Source: Amphiscolops sp. MND2022
Lineage: Eukaryota
Length of the DNA stretch: 64,000 nt
Direction: 5' to 3'
NCBI GenBank assembly: GCA_964187785.1
Contig: OZ076414.1
Coordinates: forward strand, 38,192,001-38,256,000
In this document: positions 59,757 through 64,000 of the stretch, in pieces
Position numbering within the stretch: the stretch's first letter is position 1
How the letters are laid out: every line of letters starts with the position of its first letter
Made by a program: the position numbers and the translations under genes
The notes under the pieces: model-generated
What the model saw: the letters and a program-made list of their open reading frames with translations, nothing else
The model's database searches: none
What the model was told of the DNA's origin: nothing

Positions 59757-61090
59757 CAAACCGGGAACGACCCAAGTCGGCGCCATATCTAAGGCTCAAA
59801 AATAGCAAAAGGACTTCAATGTGTCAGGTATTCTCTTCTACAAAACCCACGTGAGGAAAAAACAAAAAAAAAATTTCTGAATTTTTTGGTCCTCGGTAAG
59901 TCGCATAGTGCCGACAAATGTAAAAGGGGGCTTTTGGGAGTTTTTGATCATCCATTCTTTAGAAAAACAGGAAAAAATGAAGAGGGACCCTTTGGAGACA
60001 TTTGAAAAATTTGCGAAAAAAAGTCTCACTAAGCCGAAAACAACTATTGGAAGCATTTGAAAAAAAATATATATTTTTAATAAGTATTCGGTTAAAGTCG
60101 CACAGTGCCGAAAAACCCAAAAAGAGGTAATTTAGGCCCATTAAAAAATTTTTACAAACCAAAAACTTCAAAAAAATGCTAGGGGTACCCTTTGATGATA
60201 TTCGAAAATTTTCGAAAAAAGTCGCAGAGTGCCGAAAAAAACCCAAAGGGGGGACCCTTTGGTCTCACCTGCTGTACTTTTGGAAGCATAAAAAAATTAT
60301 GCTTTGGTGCGAGAATCGAACCCCCGCTCTCCGGCTTCAGAAATTTAGTCGAAGATGAACAACAGAACAGATGAAAAAAAGTAAAAAGTGGACCTTTCAG
60401 AGTGAGATTGTAAGCTGAAAAAGAAAACAAGACGAGAACGTCTAAAGTCGAAAGTCGGCGCCATATCTAAGGCACAAAAAGCATAAAACACTTTTTCTGG
60501 AAAAAAATTGAAACTTTTGAAAAAAAATTTCTTTCAAAAGAACTCGCATAGTGCCGAAAAATGTAAAAGGGGGACCCTTCTGGATTTATGAACAAACATT
60601 CCGTTGCAAAATATCAAAAAACTCAAAGGGGGGACCCTTTGGGGACATTGAAAAATTTTCGAAAAAAAGTCGCACAGTGCCAAAAAAATCCAAAGGGGGG
60701 ACCCTTGAGGCACGTCCGGTTTTGTAGGTTACGTTAAAAAAGTAAAAAATGAAAGGGGGGACCCTTTGGAGACAAAAAAATTTCGGAAAAAAAGTCGCAC
60801 AGTGCCAAAAAAAATCCAAAGGGGGGACCCTTTGGGCACGTCCGGTTTTGTATGTTTCCTTGAAAAAGTAAAAAATGAAAGGGGGACCCTTTGGAGTAGA
60901 GTTTGCCTTGGGCCTCAGGTGCTCTGCTCAGGATTGTAAAAAGTGGATCGATCAGTGTGAGGATAGTCGTCTGAAAGGAAGAAAAAAAGGACACTGCTAT
61001 AGTCGGGCATTTTTCCCTTAATGGAAAAGCGCCGACTAAAAAACTACCCACTGTAATAGTCGGGATTTTTTTCCTTAAGGGAAAGGCGCC
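59757..61090 (-). mobile_element. Compound (tandem or nested) HINE-A insertion in LINE ORF2
   Basis: Two hairpin-bearing termini (~59757 and ~60427), duplicated subTIR palindromes at 61001-61088, and internal ~125-bp tandem units at 60660-60900. It is flanked by A-runs, and LINE coding resumes at LDITKSRGP. Confidence 0.7.
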
Positions 61091-61149
61091 GACTAAAAAT
61101 ACTATACACACTACAAGACATTCGAAACAAAAGATCTGTTCTTACAAAT

Positions 61150-62700
61150 TTTGACGTTTCAAGGTCACAATCCTAGACATCACCAAGTCCAGAGGCCCTA
61201 ACAAATTTCCCCCAGTACTTTTATAAAATCAGCTGTGGAAATGAGTAGTACACTGAACAAACTATTCAAGAATGTTAAAAGGCTACCAACACTTCCTAGA
61301 TGTTGAAAAGATGCTACTATCGTGCCTGTCTACAAGAAAGGCGATAAACAATTAGTAAAGAACTACAGGCCAGTGTCGCTTCTGAATATTGACAGTAAAG
61401 TTTTCGAAAAGTGCTTGTATGATCCTCTCTTTCTTCATTTCTCTTTCGTTCTCTCCAGAAACCAGCACGGATTTGTTCGTGGAAGATCAGTTCAATCAAA
61501 CATGCTGAAATTCTTGAAAGACATACATGAAGCCTTGGAAAAAATTCTAGTGATACAGTGGTCGCTTTTCAAACCGACTTTTTGAAAGCGTTTGACCGAG
61601 TACCGCATTATGAGCTGCTAACGAAAGTGAGTGCAATTGGCGTTGGAGGCTGCTTCCTCGATATTCTTTGTGACTACTTGGAACGACGAACCCAACACGT
61701 AAGAGTTGGGAACACTATATCTCAGCAGTTAGAAATTACAAGTGGAGTGCCCGAAGGATCCCTCGTGGGCCCCTTGTTGTTCTGTATTTTCATAAACGAC
61801 CTTCCCGAAGCACTGAGATTTAGTGATCCTACATATTTGCAGATGATCTAAAGATTTTAGCTGTGGCGAAGACACAAGAGCAAATCCGTCTTGGAAGCTA
61901 TTTCGAACTGGGTTGACAGCAATGGAAAGAGCTTGGCTCCGGACAAATGCTACAAACTTGAGTTCAGAGGTACAAATTGCCAATATAAAGTCGGTAACAT
62001 CAGTTTTGAGGACACAGAAGAAGTCAAAGACCTAGGGATCTTTGTAAAAAAAAATCTCAACTGGTCAGCACATGCTAGCAGAAGGTTGAAAAGGGCCTAT
62101 AATGTTTTGTTCTCCCTCAGGCGGAACATCGCGTACAATGTTGAACCTAACACAAAGCTGAGCCTGTACAAATCGCTGGTATCCCGATCGTCACCTATGG
62201 AGTTTTTTGTGCCAAACAATCAAAAGCCACCATGGACGCTTTAGAGAGGCTCCAAAAGAAAGCTGTGAAATGGATAATGGGCAACAAACAGACTTGCTAT
62301 GCTAACAGTTGGAGGCTATTGAATATTTTGCCGCTACCAATGTTTGTGCAGATGAACGATCTACTTTTTCATCGCTCACTAGAGGAAACCTGGCGAACAT
62401 TCTGAACTTACACACCAAAGTGACTTGCAGCGCACGCAGACACATGAACTATCAAAAGAAATCCCCGTACTGAGAGAAGCCGCAGCGATTTTTTCTTTAG
62501 GAACTGTCAGATCGTGAACAAGGTTAATGATTGCTTTGGCATTGGTAACGGAACGGGTCTCAAAGACAGACTTCTCTGCGATATGTGAAGACACTGCAAT
62601 AACCAGTTCGACGAAGGCAACTCTTGTACATGGTTAAGGGTTTGCAACTGTGGACAATGTAGAAACATGGGACGAAGATGTTGGAAAAAATTTGGGAGCC
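61150..62700 (+). pseudogene. LINE ORF2 reverse transcriptase, frameshifted
   Basis: PVYKKGDKQLVKNYRPVSLL, QHGFV, DFLKAFDRVPH, SGVPEGSLVGPLLFCIFINDLP and FADDL(K). Confidence 0.93.
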
Positions 62701-62804
62701 ATCCCATCAGTGAATAGCTGAGAATCCACATCAACAACAACAACAACAACAACTGTGAAACCTTTTCCGAAAGAAAATTGTTTCATTTTTACAAAAAAGT
62801 GGGT

Positions 62805-63847
62805 TTTTAGTCGGCGGTTTTCTGGGGAAAAGTGCCCGACTCTTACAGTGGCTAGTTTTTTTAGTCGGCGACTTTTCCCTTAAGGAAAAAAGCCCGACTT
62901 TTACAGTGAGTAGTTTTTTTTCAGTTGACAATCCCAATCTGAGTGGTCCACTTTTCTTACAGTTTTCATAAATTTTTGATTACCTTTGATAATGGCGCAA
63001 AAGTTTGCAACGTCTTTTTACATCATCCAAAAAACTCCACGGTACCTAAGGGTACTCCCTTTGAGTACTTTTCGGCTCTGTGAGACTTTTTTTTCGAAAA
63101 GAAAAAAATTTCCCCAAAGGGTCCCCCTTCAATTTTTTGGAGTTTCCCGACAGAACGGATGTTGAAAAATCTCAAAGGGTCCCCCCTTTCAGTTTTTTCG
63201 GCATTGTGAGACTTACAAAAAAAATGTTTCACAAAAGTGCCCCTCCAATTTTTTAAAATGATTTGCGACAGAATGGATGCGCCAATTCGGTTCAACTTTT
63301 GGGATTTTCCGGTACCGTAGAAGAGAATACTTTGACACTTGAAGTCCTTTTGCTGTTTTTGACCCTTAGATATGGCGCCGACTTGGGCCGTTCCCGGCTT
63401 GTTTTTTTTTCGTCAGACTACAATCTCACTCTGATTGGGCCACTTTTCTTACAATCGAAACTACTAAAACTACTACCATAAGGCCAAGTCCGGTCAGCGG
63501 AAATGAGTGCAAAAGAGTCCCCCCTTTCATTTTTTACTATTTAAACGTAACCTACAAAACCGGACGAGACTAAAGGATCCCCCCTTTCGATTTTTTTCGG
63601 CATTGTGCGACTTTTTTTCGAAAATTTTTTAATGTCTCAAAAGAGTCCCCCCTTCGAGTTTTTTGATATTTTGCAACAGAATATATGTTAATAAAGCCCA
63701 AAGGGTCCCCCTTTTACATTTTTCGGCACTATGCGACATTTTCTGAAAGAAAAAAATCAAAAATTTCAAGTTTTTTTTTCAAAAAAAAGTCTTTTGCGCT
63801 TTTTGAGCCTTAGATATAGCGCCGACTTTAGACGTTCCCGTCTTGTT
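62805..63847 (+). mobile_element. Head-to-tail HINE-A copies
   Basis: Repeated subTIR palindromes at 62805-62905; hairpin termini GCCG-TTCC-CGGC (63387-63398) and GACG-TTCC-CGTC (63831-63842), each followed by TTGTT. Confidence 0.7.
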
Positions 63848-64000
63848 CTATTTTGCAAATGAATGGATGTTCAAAAACTTCCAAAGGGCCTCTTTTACAT
63901 TTTTCGGCACTATGCGACTTACCGGATACCAAAAAATGGATTTTTTTTTCAATTTTTTTCTTCACGCGGGTACTGTAGAAGAGAATACTTGACACTTTGA

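Larger units (their letters stand above)
57990..62753 (+). mobile_element. Near full-length CR1/L2-group LINE, decayed, interrupted by HINE-A at ~59757-61090
   Basis: ORF1 remnant (IHGIPE...RRLGKFD...RTVL), APE endonuclease, RT, a Cys-rich C-terminus (CTWLRVCNCGQCR) and a (CAA)7 tail at 62732-62752. Confidence 0.9.

Overview
AT-rich, repeat-dense eukaryotic DNA, most likely from an invertebrate animal. From left to right: (1) the 5' end of a Gypsy-type LTR retrotransposon running off the left edge; (2) a very diverged uS5/RPS2-like reading frame; (3) an 84-bp (2x42) satellite; (4) a decayed, internally deleted Polinton/Maverick at ~2.7-11.3 kb (minus strand) with pPolB, major and minor capsid, integrase, packaging ATPase and accessory ORFs, including a disrupted membrane-anchored EGF-like ORF; (5) a spliced minus-strand gene built from a YVDNxxNRxLGRVG repeat (13.7-19.0 kb); (6) an intact single-exon patatin/PNPLA lipase gene (28.2-30.3 kb); (7) a phase-consistent plus-strand multi-exon gene for a low-complexity protein (39.0-51.6 kb), with a full-length Mag-like Gypsy element in one intron and a duplicated symmetric exon; (8) a 3-copy 1752-bp tandem array whose middle copy is a recombinant; (9) a near full-length CR1/L2-type LINE. 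Intergenic and intronic space is dominated by two non-autonomous families with Helentron/DINE-1 (HINE) terminal architecture, plus MITEs and tRNA-derived SINE heads. All calls come from manual reading and motif recognition; no database search was run, and repeat boundaries are approximate.
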